Source: Bacilli bacterium (GTDB lineage: Bacteria > Bacillota_I > Bacilli_A > RFN20 > CAG-826). Taken from it: DNA of 55,559 nucleotides. Position numbers and translations under genes: made by a program. Shown piece by piece: positions 1 to 8,427 of this stretch. Within the stretch, counting starts at the first letter, position 1. Every line of letters starts with the position of its first letter. The notes under the pieces were generated by a model. It made no database searches. It saw nothing but the letters and a program-made list of their open reading frames with translations, and was not told the DNA's origin. The stretch is taken from assembly GCA_045111495.1 (NCBI GenBank), contig JBGUGI010000092.1, forward strand, positions 1-55,559, in the 5' to 3' direction.

Positions 1-1
1 T

Positions 2-1102
2 GTTCTAAGAAAAGGTGAATACGCTGGTACGGTTATCACTAAAGAAACAAATGAAAAAGAACTTACCGAATTAATGGTCGGTAGAAAAATTGAATTAAAC
101 ATTAAACGTCCTGCAGTAAAAAATCCACACGATAGATTGTTTATTAATGGACTTTCCTACACTAATAGAGAAGGCGTGAAAGCCTTGGATGATGTTAGTT
201 TTGTCGCTAGAGGCGGCGAAATTCTTGGTATTGCCGGTATCGCAGGCAATGGTCAAAGAGAATTACTTGAAGGTATTGCGGGTTTAGTGCGTTTAGATAG
301 CGGGGATATCGTCTTCCATAATCCTAAAAAGAATAAACCTGTAACTTTCTTCCACCACAATGTGAAACAAATTAGAGAGTTAGCCGCGAAAGGCGCTTTA
401 TATGATGCAGACAGTAAAGAAACATTAGATTTAAGAAAAGTCAGCACAAAGAAAATCAAAGAGATGGTTGAAAATGAAAAGATCATGTTCTATGAAGATG
501 AAATCATTGATTTAAGAAATAAAAAACCAATCGAAATTAGAAACCTTGGTATTAAATTATCATTCGTTCCAGAAGATAGATTAGGTATGGGTTTAGTTGG
601 CAATATGGATATCATCGACAACATGATGCTAAGAAGCTTTAGAAAAGGTCATTCTATTTTCGTTAATAGAAAGAAACCAAAATATTTAGCTGAAGAAATC
701 GTTGATGAATTAGAAGTTGTCACTCCTAACTTAAAAACACCAGTGAGAAACCTTTCTGGTGGTAATATTCAAAAACTATTAGTGGGTAGAGAAATCTCTT
801 CTTCCCCTAAAGTCTTAATGGTGGCTTATCCGGTGAGAGGCTTAGATATTAAGTCCTCCTACACTATTTACGATTTATTAAATGCTCAAAAAGAGAGGGG
901 CACGGCAGTAGTTTTCGTTGGTGAAGACCTAGACGTGTTGCTCGCTTTAAGTGATAGAATTTTAGTCCTTTCTGGTGGCAAAGTCGCAGGCATTGTTGAT
1001 GCGAGAAAAACTACAAAAGAAGAAATCGGTCTATTAATGACCAAATCAATTGAAAAACAGGAGGTTCTCTACGATGTTAATGCAGAAGACGAAGAAGAAT
1101 AA
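2..1102 (+). CDS. ABC transporter ATP-binding protein, 5'-truncated at the window edge (second nucleotide-binding domain of a duplicated BMP/nucleoside-type ATPase, NupO/RnsA-like)
   Basis: The frame is open from nt 2 (VLRKGEYAGTVITKETNEKELTELMVGRKIEL...), so the ATG at 74 is internal. It carries an ABC signature LSGGNIQK and a Walker B-like VVFVGEDLD. Two BMP-type permease genes follow. Confidence 0.85.
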   Translation, partial: VLRKGEYAGTVITKETNEKELTELMVGRKIELNIKRPAVKNPHDRLFINGLSYTNREGVKALDDVSFVARGGEILGIAGIAGNGQRELLEGIAGLVRLDSGDIVFHNPKKNKPVTFFHHNVKQIRELAAKGALYDADSKETLDLRKVSTKKIKEMVENEKIMFYEDEIIDLRNKKPIEIRNLGIKLSFVPEDRLGMGLVGNMDIIDNMMLRSFRKGHSIFVNRKKPKYLAEEIVDELEVVTPNLKTPVRNLSGGNIQKLLVGREISSSPKVLMVAYPVRGLDIKSSYTIYDLLNAQKERGTAVVFVGEDLDVLLALSDRILVLSGGKVAGIVDARKTTKEEIGLLMTKSIEKQEVLYDVNAEDEEE

Positions 1103-2336
1103 CGTAAAAAGAGATCCTTTTGTCCATATCACCAGACTTCCTGATCCAAAAGCTAGACACTATTGGTTCAGTAAATTGATCTCCGTTGTTGTTGCTTTAT
1201 TAATATGCGCTTTAATTACCAACGCTATGGCGCCAGGTAGTTTTGGTTCATTTTTCTTGTATTTAGGTAAAGGTACATTTAGCAACAAACTTCAAATATT
1301 AAGATTATTCCAAGATACCGCGATATTACTATTAATTGCCCTTGCTCTAACCCCAGCTTTCAAGATGAGATTCTGGAACATTGGTGCTGAAGGGCAAGTG
1401 TTAATTGGGGCACTAGGTGCAACGATTTGCATGAAATTCTTTGCTGGATCAATGCCAAACGTTCTATTAATATTCACATGTTTAGCATTCTCCCTTGTTT
1501 TCTCAATCATTTGGGCGGTTATTCCAGCGATATTTAAAGCGTTTTTCAATACCAATGAGACTCTTTTCACATTAATGATGAACTATTTAGCCACTGGTTT
1601 AGTAGCTTATTTCGTCTTTGTGTGGGTCCCAAATGGCAGTGCTGTTTTAGGTGTTATTAATCCAAACACTCATGATGGTTGGTTACCAAAGTTATTTGGT
1701 CAAGATTACTTAATCAACATCATTGTCGTTGCCGTTATTACTGTGTTGATCTTTGTCTATTTAAAATTCTCAAAACACGGCTACGAATTGACTGTTGTCG
1801 GTGAATCACAAAATACCGCGAGATATGTTGGTATTAACGTTAAAAAGACAATTATTAGAACACTCATCTTATCAGGTGCTGTATGTGGCTTGGTTGGCTT
1901 CTTATTAGTTAATGGTACATCTCATACATTAAACGCTGATTTAGTGGGCGGACGTGGCTTTACTGGTATCCTTGTTGCTTGGTTAGGTCACTTCAATCCG
2001 TTTGAAATGATCTTCACAGCATTCTTAGTAGCGTTTGTTACCTTAGGTGGTAGTTACGCTGGTGATATCTTTAGATTTGGTACAGCTTATTCCAAAGTTT
2101 TAATTGGTGTTTTCTTCTTCGTGTTTATCGCTAGTGAATTCTTCTTAACATATAAGATGAATTTCTCCGCGGAAGCGCAAGCATTCTTTAATAAAATACG
2201 CGAATTCTTCGCTAAGATATTTGGACCTATTGGAAGGTTCTTCAAGAAGATATTTACCGCGATTGGTAATTTCTTCAAAAAGTTATTTAAGAAAAAAGAC
2301 TCTCCTAAACAAGAGCCTGAGAATAAGGAGGAATAG
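1074..2336 (+). CDS. ABC transporter permease (BMP/nucleoside family, NupP/RnsC-like) with an unusual Phe/Lys-rich repeat tail
   Basis: Polytopic membrane protein. ATG at 1074 is preceded by GGAGG (1059-1063); the track start at 1050 is a TTG. It overlaps the end of the ATPase gene, suggesting translational coupling. Confidence 0.8.
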   Translation: MLMQKTKKNNVKRDPFVHITRLPDPKARHYWFSKLISVVVALLICALITNAMAPGSFGSFFLYLGKGTFSNKLQILRLFQDTAILLLIALALTPAFKMRFWNIGAEGQVLIGALGATICMKFFAGSMPNVLLIFTCLAFSLVFSIIWAVIPAIFKAFFNTNETLFTLMMNYLATGLVAYFVFVWVPNGSAVLGVINPNTHDGWLPKLFGQDYLINIIVVAVITVLIFVYLKFSKHGYELTVVGESQNTARYVGINVKKTIIRTLILSGAVCGLVGFLLVNGTSHTLNADLVGGRGFTGILVAWLGHFNPFEMIFTAFLVAFVTLGGSYAGDIFRFGTAYSKVLIGVFFFVFIASEFFLTYKMNFSAEAQAFFNKIREFFAKIFGPIGRFFKKIFTAIGNFFKKLFKKKDSPKQEPENKEE

Positions 2337-2338
2337 TT

Positions 2339-3310
2339 ATGTTTGTTGCATTTATTAGAAACGCGATTAGATTCTCGACAATCTTCTTATTCGGTTCCAC
2401 TGGTGAAATCATTACCGAAAAGAGTGGTCACTTGAACATGGGTACTCCAGGTATCATGTGTTTAGGTGGTATTGGTGCAGTTCTTGGCGAAAGATTATAT
2501 CTTTTAACAATCGCTAACGATGTGGATTTAATTAATCCATTCTTATGTGTTTTATTCCCACTTATTATGACTATCATCTTTGGTGCATTAGGCGGTTTGT
2601 TCTTCTCATTCTTAACCGTCACATTAAGATGCAATCAAAACGTTGTGGGTTTAACATTAACAACATTCGGTGTTGGCTTAAATGCATTTATTCTTGCTAG
2701 AATTCCAAGAGGCGCTGGTTTTACATACGCTAGTGTGTATTTCTATAAGCTATTCCCTGATTCCTTAGTTAACGGTACTGGTTGGTTTGGTGAAATATTC
2801 CTTGGTCATGGCTTCTTAGTTTATTTAGCCATCATCTTAGCGGTTATCGCCACTATTGTGATTAAGAAAACAAATATCGGTTTATCATTAAGATCCATCG
2901 GTGAAAACCCAGCCACCGCTGATGCCGCTGGTTTAAACGTTAGCAGATATCGTTATTTAGCCACAATGATTGGTGGTGCGATTGCTTCTTTAGGTGGTTT
3001 ATTCTATATCATGGACTACCTTGGTGGTTCTGTTGAGTACACCATCGACCGTTATGGATGGATGGCAGTTGCTTTAGTTATCTTTAGTGTTTGGAATCCA
3101 TCATTCAGTATTTTTGGTTCATTGTTATTCGGTGCTTTATATATTATGCCAAGCTTCTTAGATGGCTTAAGTTTTGCCGATAAAGAATTAATTAAGTTAG
3201 TGCCATACGCTGTTACTATTTTGGTTTTAGTTGTTACTTCCTTATTCAATCGAAGGGAAACTCAACCGCCTGCAGCACTAGGTCTAACGTACTTCAGAGA
3301 AGACAGATAA
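2339..3310 (+). CDS. ABC transporter permease (BMP/nucleoside family, NupQ/RnsD-like)
   Basis: Second polytopic permease, starting 3 nt after the previous stop, with AGGAGG immediately upstream. This is the typical paired-permease organisation. Confidence 0.8.
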   Translation: MFVAFIRNAIRFSTIFLFGSTGEIITEKSGHLNMGTPGIMCLGGIGAVLGERLYLLTIANDVDLINPFLCVLFPLIMTIIFGALGGLFFSFLTVTLRCNQNVVGLTLTTFGVGLNAFILARIPRGAGFTYASVYFYKLFPDSLVNGTGWFGEIFLGHGFLVYLAIILAVIATIVIKKTNIGLSLRSIGENPATADAAGLNVSRYRYLATMIGGAIASLGGLFYIMDYLGGSVEYTIDRYGWMAVALVIFSVWNPSFSIFGSLLFGALYIMPSFLDGLSFADKELIKLVPYAVTILVLVVTSLFNRRETQPPAALGLTYFREDR

Positions 3311-3336
3311 ATGCTCAATCAAATGAGCATTTTTCT
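3311..3336 (+). terminator. Rho-independent terminator after the ABC operon
   Basis: Hairpin ATGCTCA / TGAGCAT (3311-3317 / 3324-3330) followed by a T-run. Confidence 0.7.
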
Positions 3337-3432
3337 TTATTTGTTATCATATTGAAGTCGAATTCTTGCATAGATACGTACATATGCGTATGATTGTAGA
3401 CATACGGTTTACAACAAATGAAAGGAAAGGAT

Positions 3433-6400
3433 ATGAAACAATCATTAAAAGTATTAGTACTTGGTTGTATGACAATCGGCGCTCTCGCAGGTTGTGAATG
3501 GGGTGAATCTAGCAAATCTTCCCAAAAATCAGACAGCCATTCTAGTGAAATCACTTCTACACTCCCAACATCTAGTAGTGATAGTGCTCAATCAGCCACA
3601 TCATCTATTGATTCTAGTAACTCATCTGTTAGTACTAGTTCATCCACAACAAGCTTACCAACAAGCTCATCATCATCAAGTTCATCCACAAGCGTGGCAC
3701 CAGTTATTACCGGTATTACATTAAACACAGACAATGTGAAAAAGGACTACTTACATGGTGATAAGTTAGATTTAACAGGCTTAGTGGTTACCGCTAATTA
3801 TGATAACAACACAACTGAAGCGGTGAATAACTACACCACCAATCCTGCTAATGGCACTGAATTAAATACTGTTGGTCCAGTTAAGGTCACAGTCACTTAT
3901 TTAACATTTACTGCAGACTTCAATGTCACAGTCAGCGCTAAATTAACAGGCATTGCCATTAACACAGATAACGTTAAGAAAGAATATGAACAAGGTGAGG
4001 CTTTAGACCTCAATGGTTTAGTGGTCACCGCTAAATATAGTGATAACACCACTGTTAACGTTACTGACTACACAACTAACCCAGAAAACGGTACCGTCTT
4101 CAATGAAATCAAAGAAGAAACCATTACCGTTAGCTACAACAATTTCAATGAAACATTCAAAGTTGATGTTGTTAAAGCTACTAAGAAATCTTGGACAGCA
4201 GAAGAAGCTAAAATCATGACAGATCACTTATATGGTGTCGAATTACCATATTCTGGTTTTGAAGAATCCGTGGTCTCTTGGGACGCTCAATATACCACAC
4301 TTTACATCAAGGGCGGCGCTGCTACAGATGAAGATTTAGTGAGTTACGCTAGAGCATTATCTTCCTTAGGCTTTGTGATGATTAGCCAAACTTCTTACAC
4401 ATTTAGAAAAGTTGTTAACACTGAATATGGTGATAGATACGTTAAAGTTGTTTATTACATCGACGAAAATGATCAATTCTATTTAGAAGCATACGATCCA
4501 TTCTTATACGAATTCCCAACACAAATTGCCTTGTATTTTGCATACGTGAATTTTGATAGTTTCAAAACACCTCCAGCATTTAATGCTGATCGTTATGAAG
4601 TTAAAACTCAAAGTATGGCAATCTTCTGCTATAAAGACACAACCACTGCTGTTGCGGATTACACCGCTGCTTTAAACGAAGCTATGTGGGATACAACAGG
4701 TGGCTATGACGCAAATCAAGAATTCTATACCGCTATTTCTCCAGATAAAGCGTATATGATTTACTACAACTATGACGCCCAATACAAGTCATTAGACATC
4801 TACTTTAGGCCAGTTAACTTTTTCAACCCAGCACCAATCAAAGCGTTCTATGAAAAATACTGCGAATACACAATTGAAATTCCTGCTATTAACGTTGAAA
4901 ATGCTAACTACTACTTCTATGAATCTCAATACAATTCAGAATATATTGCCGCAGGTCAATTCGAATACGTCCACGCTTATTTAGATGTATTAGGTGGTAC
5001 ACAAGAAGATGCTAGCGCTTACTCACAAGTCTTAGCCCAAGCTGGTTGGGATGTCGATGGTTATAGCGACTATGAAAGCAAAACATCCAACTATGTTGCT
5101 AAGAAACAAGTCGAAGAATTAGGTCTCGCTAAGATTGACCTTATCTATAACAGCCATGATGGTATGTATTTAATCTTCTATGCTGCTTTAGATCCACTTC
5201 CAGGTGCTACATGGCCAGCAGAAGAAGTTGCTGCTGTTTTAGGTTCTGATATTACTGATGTTCTCCCTCCATATGAAGGCTACTCAACTGGTTATACAGT
5301 TTTCCCAGCCGATTTGTGGGGCGATGACTATGTCTTAGTTGATGTTGAATCTGGTACAGAAAACGACTGTGTTGCCGCTTATAAAGCAACATTAGAAAAG
5401 AATGGTTACACCGCTACTCCTGGTGGCAACTACTTCTCACCAAATCACCAAATCAGAGTCACTGTTTATTATGGTACTTCTGGTACATTCACTATTGAAT
5501 TCGTTGCCGGTCCATTCTTAGAATGGCCAGCCGCTAGAGTGGCTAGATTCATTAAAGAAATGTACGGTGATAAAGTTACTGATGTTCTCCCAGCTTTCGA
5601 AGGCGGTGAAGAATATAATACCGAATTCTATGATGATGAAGGTTTATATATCAGTGTTTCTGGTGATGACTTTGACAGCGAACAAGCCGTTATTGATTAC
5701 ACAAAAGTCTTAACAGAAGATAATGGTTTCACCTCTGTTGGTGAAGATGGTACACCATACTATGGTTCTCCAAATAAACAATTCGCTGTTTGCTCATTCG
5801 TTGATAACTATGGTGACTTCTATATCTTCATCCCACTTCCACAAGAAGATGAAAACGCATGGCCAACAAATGACATTGCTGACTGGCTTTCTGACAAGAA
5901 CTTCACAGACGAACTTCCAAAATATGCGGGTGAATATGAATCCTTAACATTCCAAGCCGAACCACTTTTAGGCCAATTCATTATCACTCTCACTTTAGCG
6001 GACACCGCTAATGCGGAAGATGAAGCTAGCACATACTGCTACCTTTTATACCAAAATGAATTCAAATGGACTGAAACATTACCATTCGGTGCTGGCGAAG
6101 TTTATACTTCACCAAGCAATGAATTCACTGTTACAGTGGCGTTCTACGAACAAAATGTATACATCACTTTAGAAGAAGCTGAAAAAGATCCAGTGACTGG
6201 TAATGGCTTCCCACTTGATGTTCTTCTAGAATACTTCCCAACCGCTACAGATCTTCCAGTTATTACCGACGAAGATGTCGAATATGAAGCTAATGCCTAT
6301 GAAGGCTGTGCATGGGTTTATGCAACATATGCTTCCGAAGAATTAGCGGAAGCTGCTGTTACAAGTTACTGTGCTGCTTTAGTCGAAGCGGGTTATACAG

Positions 6401-6522
6401 AAACACTCGTTTGGTATGATTCCTATACCGCATATATGTCTAAAGATGGTACATTCGGTGTTATCGTAGAATACTCAGGCGCTGAAATGTCCATCACTTT
6501 ATACGACTCAATGTACTTCTAA
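3433..6522 (+). CDS. Large surface lipoprotein: lipobox, Ser-rich linker, 2 Ig-like repeats, then about 7 tandem modules of about 105 aa of unknown fold
   Basis: MKQSLKVLVLGCMTIGALAGC carries the lipobox LAGC (Cys codon 3493-3495). RBS AAAGGAAAGG precedes the ATG at 3433; an in-frame ATG at 3418 is an alternative start. A poly-Ser/Thr linker follows, then repeats (see repeat features). Confidence 0.8.
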   Translation: MKQSLKVLVLGCMTIGALAGCEWGESSKSSQKSDSHSSEITSTLPTSSSDSAQSATSSIDSSNSSVSTSSSTTSLPTSSSSSSSSTSVAPVITGITLNTDNVKKDYLHGDKLDLTGLVVTANYDNNTTEAVNNYTTNPANGTELNTVGPVKVTVTYLTFTADFNVTVSAKLTGIAINTDNVKKEYEQGEALDLNGLVVTAKYSDNTTVNVTDYTTNPENGTVFNEIKEETITVSYNNFNETFKVDVVKATKKSWTAEEAKIMTDHLYGVELPYSGFEESVVSWDAQYTTLYIKGGAATDEDLVSYARALSSLGFVMISQTSYTFRKVVNTEYGDRYVKVVYYIDENDQFYLEAYDPFLYEFPTQIALYFAYVNFDSFKTPPAFNADRYEVKTQSMAIFCYKDTTTAVADYTAALNEAMWDTTGGYDANQEFYTAISPDKAYMIYYNYDAQYKSLDIYFRPVNFFNPAPIKAFYEKYCEYTIEIPAINVENANYYFYESQYNSEYIAAGQFEYVHAYLDVLGGTQEDASAYSQVLAQAGWDVDGYSDYESKTSNYVAKKQVEELGLAKIDLIYNSHDGMYLIFYAALDPLPGATWPAEEVAAVLGSDITDVLPPYEGYSTGYTVFPADLWGDDYVLVDVESGTENDCVAAYKATLEKNGYTATPGGNYFSPNHQIRVTVYYGTSGTFTIEFVAGPFLEWPAARVARFIKEMYGDKVTDVLPAFEGGEEYNTEFYDDEGLYISVSGDDFDSEQAVIDYTKVLTEDNGFTSVGEDGTPYYGSPNKQFAVCSFVDNYGDFYIFIPLPQEDENAWPTNDIADWLSDKNFTDELPKYAGEYESLTFQAEPLLGQFIITLTLADTANAEDEASTYCYLLYQNEFKWTETLPFGAGEVYTSPSNEFTVTVAFYEQNVYITLEEAEKDPVTGNGFPLDVLLEYFPTATDLPVITDEDVEYEANAYEGCAWVYATYASEELAEAAVTSYCAALVEAGYTETLVWYDSYTAYMSKDGTFGVIVEYSGAEMSITLYDSMYF
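3703..4173 (+). repeat. Two tandem Ig-like (bacterial Big-type) coding repeats of about 78 aa
   Basis: ITLNTDNVKKDYLHGDKLDLTGLVVTANYDNNTTEAV... versus IAINTDNVKKEYEQGEALDLNGLVVTAKYSDNTTVNV... The same module type recurs in the nuclease gene at 43376-43609. Confidence 0.75.
4183..6519 (+). repeat. About 7 divergent tandem coding modules (about 100-115 aa each) within the lipoprotein
   Basis: Recurrent pattern of (W/F)P-x-helix-LP, a beta segment, an acidic helix ...A..Y...L...G(Y/W/F), then terminal beta strands. Examples: WPAEEVAAVLGSDITDVLPPYEG..., WPAARVARFIKEMYGDKVTDVLPAFEG..., WPTNDIADWLSDKNFTDELPKYAG..., FPLDVLLEYFPTATDLPVITD... Confidence 0.6.
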
Positions 6523-6540
6523 TAGTTAAACAAAACAATA

Positions 6541-6572
6541 AAAGGCCGGAATTAACACATTCCGACCTTTTT
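6541..6572. terminator. Bidirectional terminator between convergent genes
   Basis: Hairpin GGCCGGAAT / ATTCCGACC (one mismatch) flanked by an A-run and a T-run. Confidence 0.7.
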
Positions 6573-6594
6573 ATTTACTTTAAATAGGATTTAA

Positions 6595-7281
6595 CTAGTT
6601 CTCTTTTTTCGTGGCTAATATCGCCGTTAAATGCACAATGCATCTTACCAAGAGCGCACCCACACTGTTAGTGAGGATAACTATTAATAAGTTCCATAAC
6701 ATATTGATATTCCAGTTAAATGCCATACCGAAATAGAACATATTAGCGATACAGTGTTGGAAGCCACAGTAAACAAATAATGTAACCGCGACAATAATAC
6801 CAATAATCTTCATGCCCCAGTTTTGTAAGTTCTTATATAAATAAACAGCGATGTACACTAACGCACCACAAAGAATGCCTTCAACAAACACATGAGGCGA
6901 AGCAATTTTTGCATCAGCAATTTTCACAATTCTAGCAGCAATTTCTGGCACATTCATAAAAATGAAATGGCAAATGATGCCTAGTGCAAAAGCACCTATC
7001 GCATTACCAACGAGCATTATTGGCAAATTGATGGCGTTTTCTTTGAGTTTTTCTCTATTATCAAAGACGACACCGATTTTGCCTGTATATAATTGAAGGC
7101 CTAAAACACAAACAAGAATTAAACCGATGGAAAATAATGCGGAGCCTGTCATTAGCCATTCAGAAGCAACTTTACCTTGCTCATCAACAGCGAAAGACGT
7201 TGCTACGGTAAAAGCAAACGAACCTAGACCAATGGCTAAGCCTGCAAAAATACCAAAGAGTAAAACTTTTAAATATTTCAT
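6595..7281 (-). CDS. Formate/nitrite transporter (FNT) family channel protein
   Basis: Six predicted TM segments and an FNT-type motif FQHCIANMFYF (compare EHS[IV]ANM in FocA/NirC). Start taken at MKYLK (ATG 7281), 1 nt after the xpt stop; the longer track ORF would overlap xpt. Confidence 0.75.
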   Translation of the reverse strand: MKYLKVLLFGIFAGLAIGLGSFAFTVATSFAVDEQGKVASEWLMTGSALFSIGLILVCVLGLQLYTGKIGVVFDNREKLKENAINLPIMLVGNAIGAFALGIICHFIFMNVPEIAARIVKIADAKIASPHVFVEGILCGALVYIAVYLYKNLQNWGMKIIGIIVAVTLFVYCGFQHCIANMFYFGMAFNWNINMLWNLLIVILTNSVGALLVRCIVHLTAILATKKEN

Positions 7282-7282
7282 T

Positions 7283-7846
7283 TTAGAAAACTGGTTTATT
7301 ATCAACGAACGCTTTAACGTTCGCGCCACTGTAGACGCGTAAACCTAAAGCTTCTAGTCTATTTCTTCCGCCTTGAAAACCTTTTTCAACAGCGACTGCG
7401 ACGCCTAAGACTGTTGCTTCTGCTTGCTTACATAAATCAATTAAGCCTAAGGAAGCATTGCCTTCCGCTAAAAAGTCGTCGACAATCAATACCTTGTCGC
7501 CTCTTTTTAAGTATTTTTCACTCACGGTAATTTGTGAATTGATATTACGAGTGAATGATTTAACAACCGCGGTATAAACATCATTACCAACAGTCGCGGA
7601 TTTACTTTTCTTAGCAAAAACAAGTGGGACGTTACCTAATTCTTCTGCGACCGCAAAAGCAAGTGGAATACCACTGGTCTCAATTGTTAATACTTTCTTC
7701 GCGGTTGGAAATTCCGCAGCAATTTCTTTAGCTAAAGCCCTAGTTAAAGAAACATCAATTTGGTGATTCAAGAATGAATCAACTTTTAAAATATCATTGT
7801 TTATAATCACGCCATCTTCAAGGATGCGGTCTTCTAATAATTTCAT
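7283..7846 (-). CDS. xpt: Xanthine phosphoribosyltransferase
   Basis: MKLLEDRILEDGVIINNDILKVDSFLNHQIDV... and a PRPP-binding loop VLIVDDFLAEGNA; typical Xpt length (187 aa). Confidence 0.9.
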   Translation of the reverse strand: MKLLEDRILEDGVIINNDILKVDSFLNHQIDVSLTRALAKEIAAEFPTAKKVLTIETSGIPLAFAVAEELGNVPLVFAKKSKSATVGNDVYTAVVKSFTRNINSQITVSEKYLKRGDKVLIVDDFLAEGNASLGLIDLCKQAEATVLGVAVAVEKGFQGGRNRLEALGLRVYSGANVKAFVDNKPVF

Positions 7847-8412
7847 TATTTTTGGATCTCCTCATTCCATTTATCAATGTCTTCTGGTTGAGCGACATAC
7901 ACATAAGGAACGTTTCTCTCCAATTCGTTATAGTCTAAACCATAGCCGACGAGGAAATAATTCTCTTTGAGTGTCTTACCAATGTAATCGATCTTAATGT
8001 TTTCACATCTGGCATATTCTTTATCGAATAAAGCACAGATAATAATTCTTTTTGGTTGATAGTTTTCGTTTAAGTGGTCAATAAGATATTTCATAGAAAT
8101 ACCAGTATCCACAACGTCTTCTACCACCACGACAGTGCGGTCTTTAATATCCATATCAAAATCTTTCTTTAAATTGATTTTGCCTGTGGATTGTACACCC
8201 GCATAAGATGAGATTTGAATGAAATCTGTGTAAATAGGTCTATCGACACGCTTGATTAAATCAAACATGAAATTAAGAGCGCCTTTCATGACACCCAAGA
8301 AAAGTGGAGTTTTTTCTTCATTTTTCAACTCTTCTGTTAATCTCTTACCAAAATCTTTACAAATATCTTGGATTTGTTGTTCTGATAAAACTATTTCACG
8401 ATTTTCTTTCAT
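7846..8412 (-). CDS. hpt: Hypoxanthine-guanine phosphoribosyltransferase
   Basis: PRPP motif VVVVEDVVDTGISM; 188 aa. Its stop overlaps the xpt start (TAATG). Confidence 0.9.
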   Translation of the reverse strand: MKENREIVLSEQQIQDICKDFGKRLTEELKNEEKTPLFLGVMKGALNFMFDLIKRVDRPIYTDFIQISSYAGVQSTGKINLKKDFDMDIKDRTVVVVEDVVDTGISMKYLIDHLNENYQPKRIIICALFDKEYARCENIKIDYIGKTLKENYFLVGYGLDYNELERNVPYVYVAQPEDIDKWNEEIQK

Positions 8413-8427
8413 GAGGATTTCCTCCTA

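Noticed and set aside
3496-3693. Ser/Thr-codon low-complexity DNA that looks like a tandem repeat
   Set aside because: It is in frame inside the lipoprotein gene and encodes a poly-Ser/Thr stalk. There is no fixed repeat unit and no spacer structure, so it is neither a CRISPR array nor a clean VNTR.
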